From contig NMRA01000188.1 in assembly GCA_002633005.1 (NCBI GenBank), forward strand, positions 544,464 to 595,203: a stretch of 50,740 nucleotides of DNA, written 5' to 3'. A model generated the notes under the pieces. The model was not told the DNA's origin, ran no database searches, and was given only the letters and a program-made list of their open reading frames with translations. The position numbers were made by a program, and so were the translations under genes. This DNA comes from Phoronis australis (taxonomy: Eukaryota; Animalia; Phoronida). Of the stretch, positions 24,972-37,935 are shown in pieces. The first letter of the stretch is position 1; each line of letters opens with the position of its first letter.

Positions 24972-27900
24972 ACAAAACTGCCTTTGGCGACAATGTGGGT
25001 GTCATTCATTAGAACCTCAATAGGTGGAGCCAATATTACAACTAGATTAAAATAATAGAGGTTAGTATATAGCGAAGTGGACTAGCGCTGTGGCAATGCA
25101 GGCAGGGATGTCTTTGTTAACAAGCAAGTGGGTTTGAAAAGACAAGTCACTCCTGACTTTCAAGAAGTACGAGATGACCTCAACTCGGAGTGGTTGTTAC
25201 CAAAAATGGAAATTTTTAAGGCTTCGCAGGGATTATTTTAGGAGCAAGATTTGCGTCAATGGCACAACATGATTAATTAATTCAGGCAATGCGATTGCTT
25301 AACTTGTGCCGATGGAAGCATTGAAATTGTGAGGTAACTGTGCCAACGAGACAAAGTAGGTCAGCTGTAGAGTTAGTTTGGTTGAATTGAAATGCAAACA
25401 ATCGTTCAGACCAATCGCAAATTGCCACCTTCCCCCAAAAAATGAATCGAAAAAGAGCAGAAAATACCTGGGCGACTCATAGCTATTTCAAGCTGGCAAA
25501 TAGATTTGAGGCCCTCTGGGTCAATTGACCAATATAGCCACGTTTTTTTCTAAAATAATCCCTGCTTCGATATTAATAATAAAAGTAGGGCAACATTAAT
25601 AAACGAAATTTTTATTAACAATAAACGGCTTTTACATCGTGAACCTACAGCAATAACATCAATAATGAGTTTCTTCATGAGAAACAATCCGCTAACAGTC
25701 CCATTCAGAAAACATTCTAATAAACTTGTCTGCACACACACAGAATGCAGCTAACTTTACTTACACTTAAAGGAGTAACCGCTTTAGAAATTAAGAAAAG
25801 TGTCTATCTGATAAAACAGTGGAAGACGGTAAAGGAAGAAATTAGACAGTCATGTTTTGTGAGAAATCCACCGAGTGCAAAAGACTGACACTGATCTACA
25901 AAGTTCCACACACACAGAGGTAAAACGCTGACATTATTTTGAGGAAATAACCCCAAAAACAAGCGGTTAGGGAATATTTGCCTATAGTAAGGATGAATAT
26001 TACATGGCAAGGCGAGTATGGGACTTTTAAAGTTTCATAACCCGACATGGGTACCAACGAAAGGCAAAATTTGATAATGTGTTTCACTCATTACCGCTAT
26101 TATGGTGGAAAATTTCGAATGTTCACAAGAAAACAGAAATTTGCCATGGTTCGTCTACCTGTTGTATTTCTCGACTCGAAATTGCCTCGTTGTTACCATT
26201 GACGCTCACGCCCCTCCTCAAAAGTATAAGTTTTTGTTATTTTCAATACGAAATAACAACGCGTGGAATTATGTTTGGACTAGGATTACGTTTCATTCAT
26301 ATCATTTATTGTTAAGTTCAAACTCACCGAAGCTTCACTGGATGTTCTCAAATAATTATTTCCAGATGTACAATCGTCTTTCACTGTACAATAATTTAAA
26401 AATCATAAAACTAGCCAAAAATGCAGAACGTCTTTAAAGCAAAAAGTGACACGGATTACAATCCATGAAACCCCACAGCCGAAATTGCCTACAAAGCAAA
26501 TCAACTACAGAAAGGAGTGTCTCAGAAATTCTATCACCAATAGGCATAGCAATTTAGATATTAACAGGATTTCTGTGAATTTAATACAAGAAAGCAAACA
26601 AATCCAACATTTTTGAAATGCCCATTTCCATACAGGGGGCACATTATTTTGCCGTTGGGATCGTTAGTCACGCGAGTCATTAAGGTTGCTTTGTTCCCGT
26701 TAATTTGTCGTTATGGGCTGGGTTTCTCGTATTACTAACGACTTGTAAATATTTTTTTTCTTTAAGATGCATTGGCATGCTCCTAACTATGCTAATGTAC
26801 AGCAGGAACTAAACGACAATGCTATTTTAACACAATCTACGCTAAACAAAATGCAGTTTTATTCATTGTCAACTTGTAAATGTAAAAACAAACAAATTTC
26901 TGCAAACAGGTGACCTTTGCACTAACTATGACGTACTTCGCGGGCTCATGCAGTGTTATTCCCCAGCACCACGTCACGATACTTACTTCACACGGTTCAG
27001 TATTTGCGACGGATCATTTTGCCACAAACTAGTTCTTAAAAACATTTGGCAATCCGCTACTTCATATTCACATTGTCGCTATATGTTGTATGATGTGTTT
27101 CTAATTTGGCCAAGCAATTTGAGAGATAAGGAATTAGCCTGCAAGACCTAATTTACGGTTGAAACCGAGTGGTTTACTCGCGTGTGCCCCCCATCGGTTG
27201 CAAAATGAGACATGCACGATAATTTTGTCCAAAAAGGTACTTAATTGGTATTTCATTGTTCAACGATGTGTTCTAACGATAATCTTTTAAGCCATCAAAA
27301 TAATGAGTGCACTAGAGAAACGCAACGTCAGCTAAGTGACATTCGTGCCCCACGATGCATTAGGGTTTCCCTTTTCATTGCCGGGAGGAAGGTAAGCGGG
27401 TGCAAGTATCTCGTACAAACAGATGGATATGGAAACTATAACGAAATCCTCGTGAGAAAATATTGACTAAATTTATGGACTTTTTATGTTTATAAACAAT
27501 ATGACTAATCGAAGGGTATTACAAGAGGTGCAGTGCATGAGTGCATATCGCATGTGCCGCTCAGATTCGCGAGTTAATCACTGCCAGATTCACAACCAAA
27601 GGGCGCACTTGACCAGAAAGTCTGCAAAGTATATGTACCAATTTTTGTGTGTCTCATAATCAGGAATTTTAGGGGGTTCAAAAGGCAATGAAAGCGACGT
27701 GATTTTTTTCTTTGATTGTGCCGACTTCTAAAAGGGTGGGTATTCCTGTTATCAACGGCAAAATAGTAAAGCTTAACAAACAACTATGAGCATGTTGGTA
27801 GCCGCGTACGAGTTTCAATACTTTTTTGACGCCAAGAGGGAAGCGCGCCCGTAAAATTAGAATAGTAACAATAAAATCGCGTCCCTACCGCAACACGTGC

Positions 27901-30900
27901 TCAAATTTGAAAGGTCGCTGCATACACAGTGCAGAAATTTTTGCCCATGTGTTTTCACTTTTATTTCGAAAATTTGCGTTGGCACATTGCTTACGTAGTT
28001 ATCACATGCAGTGACTCCAAGAAAATAACATGCACCTCAAAAACGCGTCAAAAAATGTACTATCGACTTAAAGTAATGCTAAGATTTCGATTCAGCTGTA
28101 GATATACCAGAAAGGGGCATAAACTCATGCTTCACCGAACTCGGATTTCGTTCAGACCGGTAACTCCGTATAAACTTCGCAAAAGCCATCGGCCGATGGA
28201 GCTGAAAGCACGAAGTTTCAACCGTAAATTAATCTTCAAAAGGACAAAATCGCAACAGTTGTGGCCAAGGTTTCGAACGTTATTGTTAATTAGTCACACC
28301 AGCACTAGACAACTATAATAACATATCGACATGCAAGCTGTGAAAAACTAACGATAGATATTCTCAGTCCGTAGCAAATAAACACGGGAAGATGGCAACC
28401 AGAACAAATCACATTCCTAGTAAACCTAGCTCCCGAAAATAATTGTGTAAGTCCCACTATTAGCTCATAAAACACGTCTCGTAATGTGTCTTACCGCGAT
28501 AGTTTTTGAATAATGTTACCAACAAGAACATGGAAACCACGGATGAGTCAAGAAAACTCTTCTGGTTTTATTAGGTGTTACCAAAACCCTAAAATTGCCA
28601 ATTCGACAATGGCACACGTACTTGGGACTCAAGTTGAGTTGCAGACTCATTGGACAACAAATCAAAAATGGTATGAGCATGATAATGTTTTCAAACCCAA
28701 AACGACTGGGTTAAGAACTCAACATTAACAGCTGAACAACGGGGAAAACGCCCGTATAACAATAATTAATCTAATCCATATCTACAAGTAATAAATATTG
28801 ATACATAAATTGGCACAAATCTTATTTTCACACTTAGCTAATCACAACCCTTGATGTCTAAAAATTATGTCCTATACAATCACCTGGTAAGTCAAGGGTC
28901 ACAGGTCAAGGTGTACAGCTCAAACTGCTAAAAATTTGAAAATAAATAAGTTCAGATTACATCTTCCCAACAACTGGAGGGTAAAAGTTGTGGTCGTAGC
29001 TATATCTTACTAAATCATTTGTGAATATAAGATGTAAATTACAACTTATGTTCAGCATATATCCCAAAAAGTCGGAGAGTTTCCCATAATTAGCTTACAA
29101 ATTTAGGTCGGTCTTCCTTGTTCTGAGCTAAGCAGAGCTATCTATATGAATTAGTACTTCCTTTTCAAATGCATTGTGGGTCGGTTGTCCACTCCTAAAC
29201 ATCCAGTGACAACAGATTACTTGGTGAGGTGTAAACATTAGAGGGGAAACAACATTTGAATCCTAAGATTGAAAGCTTAGATGCACTAAGACCCACTCTT
29301 ATGTACAACAAAGCAACCATCATCAAAATAAACATTGAAAGGCAGTCTCAAAATGCATCAAACAAATGTGTGGATTAGCAAACTGTGAAAGATTCTGGAG
29401 ACAGGTGCCATTCAATCATGCAGGAGTTAAATCTCACCACCCAAATACAGTGACTACATGCCCATAAGTTATCTGTTATGTCACCAAATGTTCACCAACT
29501 GACAAATTTTCCACAATGCCTCTGAAAAAACGATAGCTGTACCCTACATGATATCTCACAAATTGAGTACAAGAATTCCTGTAGAAAGGATCAGTTGCAA
29601 AAATAATTCCTGTTTTTAAAAAATTGAAATCAGGTGTTTGGGGGTGGTAATCAAATGGTTACCATGGAGCTGCAGAACACCGATGGAGGAGAGGAACCAC
29701 TAACAAGAGCGAGGAACCTTTTAACTCTCCACAGAACTACAATTCTAATCAAGCACAAAGCACCCTTACCACCCCAACCAGGCATGGGCACATTAACCAC
29801 ACACAACAAAGCTTTTACATAGAAAATTGTATGCGAAATGGGTTGTTAGTGTGTGTTCCTGCTGTACACAGTAAGACTTCTGTGGACTGCCGGTTACCCC
29901 CATGAGCTAACTGTTTCTGCCCAGCCATTTTAAAGATGCCTGTTGATAAAATTTTACTTGTCTGCAATGTTTGCATGCGAGGCCACTTGTGTGACATACA
30001 TTTTTATCCTGGCAAAAATACGTAAAAATTAAGTTCCTGGAATAACCACAAGGTGGCCTTCACTATAACGTGCACAATCAATAAGTGGGAGTCGGGCACT
30101 TTACTATTTTTAGTTCAATTTTACCTTTCTGGTCTGAAACTCCTGCAGAATTGCCTTAACATAACTCCAATTTGCATTGAAACCAACTACTGGAATGACA
30201 GATAAGCTCTTACTATAGCCAGTGAAACATCACCTTTGTCCCACCACGGGGTCATGACTTACTAGTCAAAACATCACTGAGACCTTAATTTTAAGTAGCT
30301 GGACACCAGTTTGGCAAACGAGGAACCAAAAATTTGAATTACAACAATTTTTGCAGTGTTATACATTGAAATCCTTAAGCCACATATTCGTGTATTCACT
30401 AACAACAATCATGCAGCAGATACTTCCGGACCGATTAAATTTTTACATGATTATTGTTAAAGAATGGAACGACACTAGGCTTTGAGGATTTTTTTATACC
30501 TGGATCAAAGACTATGATTGCTTCCATGTAACCATTTAATGAAAAAAAATAATTTAATTCAGATGGTTAACCATACTTATTTATCAAACTCGGTCCACCA
30601 ACGTTAAGAACTCCCTGCAATCCCCCTGGGTTGTTGATGCCTTGGTTTTTGAGCCAAATATCAGCCTTATTCCCCAACGAAAAATATTTTCCATCCCATG
30701 ATTACAAAATTCCCCTCAAGGTTAGCTTCACTAATCCAAATAGTTTTGGCATTGCCGATAATGATTAGAGACCAGGGGAGAGGGAGTTTCTCCATCCAAA
30801 AATTGCTCTCCCACAAGGCACATGCACATTTCCTCTCAGGTGAGCGAGAGCCCTGTCCCAAATCAATAATTGTTTGATAGTCCATATCGATGTAAATCAA

Positions 30901-30982
30901 CAATTAGCACCATAACATCACTGGCACAGCTGACCCTCTCAACACCCTATCCTGCTTTTGTTGCACCCACATGAATATTATC

Positions 30983-32684
30983 TCAAGTGTGCGGACATTC
31001 ATCACATACCAAAGGGTTGCATTTAATGCAGCCATTTTTATCAAGACTAAACATTAGGTTTGGGGGTGCATCACTGCCATCATTACAGTCAAAAGGGGTT
31101 GCCTCTCCTAACGTACAGCTCAGGAAGTATGTACAGCTATGGGGATGAACTTCGAAATGAGTCCCTGTTCTGTTGTGGGAGCATCGAACAGAATCCAACT
31201 GCTCCGAGGACAGTGCAGTGGTCACAGTGCCATTGCCAAATGCACTTGTTGGCAACGCACGGTTGACCCGCTGTGTGGTAGGGCCTACTTCTTGTTCACC
31301 ATCTGTGCCTTGACTAGTCAATGGCACAGTAGCGGCTGCGGTTATTCCAGGACTGCTAGTCATAACTACAGGGCATTTGTCACACACACTGGAATTGCAC
31401 TGTACACAGTGCGATAAATGTTTATCAAACATTTCACCTTGCGGGCACGGCACAGTTTGAATAATCCAGTCATTACTCCATGGTTTTGGAAAACAAGTCC
31501 AAAAATTCGTACAGTCAGACTTACTCTCATGCTTATCGTCAGGATTGTTTTTGCAATAGTCATTTTTCGATGTTGTCAATTGCTCAGTAACTCTTGTTGT
31601 TGCTGGTGTTGTTGATGAGACATATTCCATTGAAGTTTCTGTCACCATTGTAGCATCAGCAGCAGTTGGTGTTGTGCTTCCAGCTAACTGTGTCGTGAAC
31701 ACCACATCATTGTCATCCTCATCACCACCACCATCAGGGTGAGGTCTACCCTGTGTTGTTGGCACACTGCAGTTGCTGCACACCGTAGGGTCACAGGTCA
31801 CGCAGCCTCCAACCTCGGAGCTGTACATCGACCCATACGGACATGGTATCTGGACGTACTCATAACTATTAGAACTGAGCAAACTTTTGAAGCAAGCATA
31901 AAACACCGAGCAATCACCAAAGTGTTGGAAGGTCTTGTTGTAATTCTCAGGAAGGTGACACTTGGATAGGGTTGTTTGTTCAGTCGCCTGCATTGTTACC
32001 ATAGAACCAGTCCCAACACTGGAGCTAGTAATGACTGAAGTTGGGTCACGGCTTGCACTAGAGTCAACATTAGTAGATGTTGTGCTAGACTCTTCTGTAC
32101 TTGTTTTGATATCAGCTGACGTGGTTAATACAGGGCTTGTAGTTGTTGTTATGGCAGTACTAGTCAATGAGTCCACAACAGTTGTGCCTTCAATATGTGA
32201 AGTGGTTTGTGCAGGTAATGTTAATGTTGAAGCTGATGTTGATGATGTTGAGTGCCTCGTGGTAGACAACGGAGTCGACTCTGTTGGCAATTCGTGATTG
32301 GTCGTTGTTCTCATATTTAATGATGCACGTAGCGTTGTTGCTACAGTTGTTGTTCTTGCTGTTGATCTCCCTGCAGTTTTCAATGATGGCAAAAGAGACG
32401 TAGCATGAGTTCTTATAGACATTGTTGGTTTTGGTGAAAGGGTGGTTTTCAAAGATGTCTTGGGCACTATTTTAGACTTGCCATAATCCTTACGTAACAT
32501 TGACCTTATGTTGATTAACTTCATACGCAGACTTGACATGTCAACAGACATGTTTTCCTTCCTCATTGCACTTTCTATTGACACATTAAATACTGTTTCA
32601 ACATCCGCGGCCTTGAAAGTTGTCCCAGACACTTTGCTGTCGTTAACAAAGGTCAACACAAAATCGATGTAGATGCTTCCGTTA
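30983..32684 (-). CDS. Alternative terminal exon A: SEA C-half (NGSIYIDFVLTF), mucin stalk, 3 CBM14-like domains; predicted isoform about 925 aa
   Basis: 581-aa ORF. Acceptor ctttttgtttag|T AAC GGA AGC completes the CG+T Arg codon from exon 4. Thr/Ser-rich tracts and three Cys clusters with peritrophin-A-like spacing; stop at 30983-30985. Confidence 0.88.
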
Positions 32685-32737
32685 CTAAACAAAAAGATTA
32701 AACAAGCTTCATGTTTGGCACCGTTCATATCAACGAA

Positions 32738-32772
32738 CGGGTGTTGTCAACAAGCCGACTGTCCTGCGCATG
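32738..32772 (-). promoter_or_regulatory. Putative selector sequence for exon A
   Basis: Plus strand cgggtgttgtcaacaagccgactgtcctgcgcatg, starting about 53 nt from the acceptor AG. About 30 possible base pairs with 34517-34552. Confidence 0.7.
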
Positions 32773-34516
32773 CGTCCCTGTGGAAACAGTTTTGGTTAAA
32801 ACGCAGGAAAATGCTGGAAACACAATGAACCAGAGACGTCCCTACATGAAATGACACTGAGAGAAAAACTGAAGACAGCGCAGCATTCACGGAAATAAGG
32901 TTACATCGACACAACAGAGAGAACTCTCTATGGAGTTACGTTGCCATGGTTCTCAGGACGAAAACAACGATGCAGGCATGCCACTTTATTCACGAAAAGT
33001 TGTACGTCACTTAACTGTGCAAAGGTGACAACAACATCGGTAATAACAGGATGAACAAAAGGTTTCATCTCAAGCGGTTAAGACATGGGTATAAAATGTT
33101 GTTTTGTGAAGTATTAGTAGTTAGCTTGTAACCATCCTAAGTACTAACTATGAGGTTATGTCGACGGGGCGAAATTTTCATCACAATCCAGTAAGGCTGC
33201 AAAGCATCATAGCATTGGAGTTATCCTCCGCCAGTGTCACAAGTTACTTAAAGCATTTCGCCCAGTTAAACTGGCTAAAAACCAACACTGTATTACACCT
33301 TTCATTCTCACGAAATCGATCCTGTTATGTTCCTAACTGTGATAGGATTCGAAATGAAACGCCTCTGCGCTTATTGGGGCTGGCTGACGCTAAATTTGTT
33401 GGCCAGCCCCAAGAGACTCTGAAGCGTTTTCTCGAGTCGATGGTTTCCATGTTTTTGTTGGTAACAGAGTCGAACCCTGCCACCTTAAGGAACATTCTGA
33501 GACCAACTTTATGAGAGTAAAGGGGGCCAATTCGATTTTCATTTATTAGCCAACTGAATAGGGCGAAATGCAGCCAAGTATTAGTGGGTAATCTATCATT
33601 TTTTATTAACTAGCAAACTGAGATGTTAGAGGGAAATTAGCACTGCTGGGATATGGCTGCCACAGCCACAATGCAATGGTATGTTATTAGAAATCATGTT
33701 TGGCTATCTTCAGATGAAGAAACCCAACTTATGTCAAGGCTGTGTGCGAGCCAACTTTCGAATTGTGTTACTTCTATCAACTTTTCAGTGCCAAAGCTGC
33801 CACTGAGCACATTTCCGACAACAAAAGATGTTACGTGTTAGGAAGCACATAGTTGGGCTACTCTAAAGATAGAACAGGGCTTGACATTAAAAGAGGCTGT
33901 AAAATTGGAAACAAAAAATATGCCCTAAATGACTTGTTGAGGAAAAGTTCATTATAACTGGAATAGGTGTAATCAGTAATACAGGGAGTTCAATGCTTCG
34001 ATGCAGACAAGTCAGATTGAAATTCAAAACCATGTAAAATTCTTTTTGAGTCACAACTGATCAAAAAAGTTTTACCAGTTAATGCAGAACCCCTTAATTT
34101 GTCCAACTATGTTCAGAAAAAAAAAACATGATCCAATCATGCAGTTTTATTAACTATTACCTCCGTTACTTAATTAGTTATTATTTCTTGTGTTTTCAAT
34201 GCAAGCTGTATGACTCTCTAGCTTAACACTGCCCAACAGGTGGCAGTGTGTTAACCTACAGCACAACACCATTAAAAACAAAAGACCGGGCATAAGGCTT
34301 CAAAGCCCAAATGATAATAGCAGACATCGCATGGTTTCACATGCTGCCTTTTCAACAAAAGGAACAACAGAACGTTGGATAAGCACATGCACTAATTGAA
34401 ACCAAAAAGTAAAATGAACAGAAATGTGGGCAGACATGGTCAACAAGAAACAAGGGCACATGCTCATTCCATTAGTGCTGCGTGCAGATGAGTGTGTTGA
34501 GGAAATAGAGATGTGA

Positions 34517-34552
34517 CATGCACACCAGACGGCTTGATGACAACCCCACCCG
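34517..34552 (-). promoter_or_regulatory. Putative intronic docking site for long-range RNA pairing
   Basis: Sense RNA CGGGUGGGGUUGUCAUCAAGCCGUCUGGUGUGCAUG, about 360 nt downstream of the exon 4 donor. It is the inverted complement of elements upstream of exons A and B. Confidence 0.7.
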
Positions 34553-34647
34553 CGAGCAAATACACACAATGAAAACACATTGTAAATTATACAAAAACAA
34601 AACATAAACAAGAATATTCCTTCACCTTCACATTAGCAAGGTTGCAT

Positions 34648-34672
34648 GGTTTGGTTTGGTTTGGTTTGGTTT
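34648..34672. repeat. (GGTTT)5 microsatellite
   Basis: ggtttggtttggtttggtttggttt read directly. Confidence 0.9.
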
Positions 34673-34914
34673 TCTAACTAGTAAGTGGTAAATGTTAAAT
34701 TTTACTGGCGGAGTGAATCTGATACACATTTACTGTGAAAGAAACACAAATAAAGCAATGCTCATGAACAAAGAACTTTATCCTCACTTCCAAAGTCAGC
34801 TGTTGCAGACTACATCTAGAGCAGACGAGAACACAGAGTTGTGCACACATCAGTTGATAATGAGGTCATTTTATAGCCACACAAGACCTAAACTATTCGC
34901 TGTGCAGTACTTAC

Positions 34915-34982
34915 CGGTAGGCAATCACCTGACACGTCTGAAACGAGTCTTTGAGGTCACTGTTGTTGTATACTGCCTGCAC
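34915..34982 (-). CDS. Shared exon 4 (68 nt, phase 0-2), SEA domain middle VQAVYNNSDLKDSFQTCQVIAY(R); last constant exon
   Basis: Not in the ORF track; read manually. Acceptor tgctgtttccatgcag|, donor TACCG|gtaagt. Continues the SEA consensus (Y-x-x-S-x-L-x-x-x-F...V-x-x-[FY]-R) up to the GS motif. Confidence 0.88.
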
Positions 34983-35284
34983 CTGCATGGAAACAGCAAA
35001 GTCTCAATTTGACAGTAAAACACGGATCACAAGCTGACAAAGCAGACTACAGCAGTGTAACTGACCCACTACAAAACTCGGTTTGATGGCATGCAAATAC
35101 ATTTCAACACTGAATACGATAATTCCTCACTTACTTTGGACAAAAATAATTCCAAAATCTTGTCTTTTTTATATTTTCAAACTAGGCTGATTACTTTGTT
35201 TGAAGAATTGAAACTTTACAAAATGCTGCTTTATGTCATCCTCATAGTAAAAACCAAGCTAACAACTGACTAGAATTTTCTTAC

Positions 35285-35929
35285 CTGGAAATTACGAAAA
35301 TAGGCCCATAGGGAAATATTTGGAAAATGACCTCTCAAAAATGTCAGATGAGATTGAATATATCCCCACTAGTTTTTCAAAAATGAGGGGCTTATTCATC
35401 GGACACTATACCAAAATTTTATGACGCAATTTTAAAGTAAATAATTGTCATTTCACCCAAGACTGTTTTCAAAGAACGTGAAAGAGAACTGCCCTTCTGT
35501 AAGTGTGGGTAGTCCTTAAATTAAAGGACTGTTTGTTTTTACTGATAAAGAAGCAATGCAAAAGGTTCATTTAACATAAGGAGCAAACATTTTTGTAAAG
35601 TTTTGAAAACAAACAACATTAGTTGTGAAGTTTTTTCAATAAATGCATCTTTTTAACGTATATAGTTGTAATTTTATTTGTCCGTACTTATTTCCCATTC
35701 AGCTGACATAGTGCATGAAAACTGCCCTTCATACTATGCCAATATAGTTACCAAAAAGTCACCCAATATCTTATTTGAATGTCTTGCCAAAATAAAACAA
35801 AATTTCACATCAAAACATATTACGGACGTGTTTTGGAACAACAGATTGAATTTTCGTATCATGCAAGCAGTTTCTGAAAAAACACCTATTTGCGTACTTT
35901 TGAGTGGGCCTATTTTCAGAAATTCCCAG
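35285..35929. mobile_element. Non-autonomous DNA transposon/MITE in intron 3
   Basis: TIRs ctggaaattacgaaaataggccca ... tgggcctattttcagaaattcccag; no coding capacity. Confidence 0.75.
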
Positions 35930-36162
35930 TAAACTTCACTTTTGTTAATGAATTTTGAAAAAATGTAATTTCAGCAATTCACCCTATTGTGTGCTACCTA
36001 CTATGGTTAAGATCATAGATTCCACTCAGTAGGGATGAAGACCCAATCAAAGCAGATATCTGACTTCACTCTCAAGAGGGCAATCAAGTGTGAACAAGGT
36101 TATTCCTACCACAACTGATTTCAATTTCAGCTCTGCCCGACACTGTTCAACAACCAACTTAC

Positions 36163-36269
36163 CTTACTGCAAAATAAAACTGAGGTGCTTTTGTACTTTT
36201 GCGATGTTTTGTCCTCATACTCTGGACCGTATGTCATATTACGTATGCGCATGCTTCCATTAAATGTAA
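36163..36269 (-). CDS. Shared exon 3 (107 nt, phase 1-0), start of SEA domain VTFNGSMRIRNMTYGPEYEDKTSQKYKSTSVLFCSK
   Basis: Acceptor cttctttcttttgtag|, donor AGTAAG|gtaagt. The peptide fits the SEA N-terminal strand/helix pattern (F-x-x-S-h-x-I-x-N...Y...S-x-x-Y). Confidence 0.88.
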
Positions 36270-36978
36270 CTACAAAAGAAAGAAGACCAACTTTTGGAGA
36301 GGTGAATTGGGTCACAATCAAGTCATCACAAACACTAGCACATATTTAAGGATATTTCCAACCTTATTCACAAAAATTGGCCATTTTTACAAAATTTCAC
36401 TTGTGTCTAGCAAAATACCTTATCTTCATTCTCGGGGAACTTCAAATACGAAATATATACTGCGTAGCGAGAAAAAAAAGATTTAGCAGAACCACCTTGG
36501 AACCGCACATCCGCTTGGATATTTGTTTAGCACTTATCCAAGGTCAAAGGTTAAAGGGCTTTCAAGTAAATAGAGTCTCCCGCCAGGTACAGAACAGCTT
36601 CGGTATACCTTCAGTCCTTTCATTCGCAAATTCGCCATAACATTGAACCAACGAGGTATGGTTATGATAGAATGGTCCCGGGGAAAACGAATACAAAACG
36701 TAGTTTTTATCCTAAGGGAGTTGTGGGTCTACATGCATACGACTGTTGACGTTGAAAACAAATTCTACGAGTTGCCTCAGGATTGAGTCTGGTCATGAAC
36801 ACAGAAAGTTGTGAAAAGAGATAAATCCTCCCCATTATTCCTTAATTCAATTATTAAGTTAACATTTTGATGTTTCGATTTCATGTTAACGACTTACTTT
36901 AACCACCAATTCAATTTTTGTTGTCCATTTCTTACTTGGTTTGGTATCAGTCTTCCAGCACGTGACGTGTACAGGCTA

Positions 36979-37821
36979 TGAACTGTGACCTACTTTTCTA
37001 AGTAGGTCGTACAAAACGGCAAAAGTTGGCTGCGAAAGATAGATCTATTTGAGGTTTTAATGATATTTAAGTTAGTTACGCGCTGCAAAATTAGTTGACA
37101 TTGCAAGAAAACATTGAAATAGGTGACATAGTTAAGGATTCTATAGGTTATGCATACCGAAAACAAGTTTTCACAGAATAATTAACCAAAGACTTAGGGA
37201 TTTTCACGTGTCCCAGTTTAATCGGCATTATCTCGGCTTCGGCAAATCGACTTTATTTGAACTTAGGAACACGAGTTCTCGAAAATGGTTTGATGGATTT
37301 CGCTGAAACTTTCCAAACTTAATATTTAGTGACCAATCTCAAAAACGCTGTTAGGATTTTTGATATAAAAGCTTAGTTTTTGTGTAATGTGACAAAGACG
37401 AATACGACTTCAATTTTTTACAAAAATACCTTACGTTTTGCAAGTTGATTTGTCATAGAAACCAAACGAACAAACTAATCGAAAATTCCTAACAGCGTTT
37501 TTGAGGTAATTGATGAAGTTTTCATTTAAAAAAGGTTTCGTTAAAATCGACTGATGGGTTATTTTACGTAAAAACAATAATGACAAATAACTACAAAAAG
37601 TATATTTATATTTCCTGGTATTTGTTCTTTCAGAAAATATTTACTTTTACTAGTTGACAAAGCTTAGTTTTTTTGATATAAGTGTGAGAATGGAGGCCAC
37701 TAAATAAGGTTGGACATAACCTTAAAATACAGAGATAAAAAACCAAGACTAAGCCCAAGAATTCCCAATAAGTTATTACTTAACATTTACAGATACAGGC
37801 AGCAAGTAGGTCACATGTTCA
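36979..37821. mobile_element. Non-autonomous TIR element in intron 2
   Basis: Ends tgaactgtgacctactt ... aagtaggtcacatgttca, with an internal inverted pair ctcaaaaacgctgttagga (about 37338) / tcctaacagcgtttttgag (about 37486). Confidence 0.65.
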
Positions 37822-37935
37822 CAGAGACGAAAAATTGCTGACAGTTCAGAGTATGAATCATTGCACATCAAATGTCCAAAAAGAAACTGTAAGGAGTGGA
37901 GAGAATAACAACTGACCAAAGGGGGCACAACTCAC

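Noticed and set aside
24972-30982. Additional or decayed cassette exon between A and B
   Set aside because: No GS-hydrophobic acceptor, T/S-rich frame or Cys cluster found by eye.
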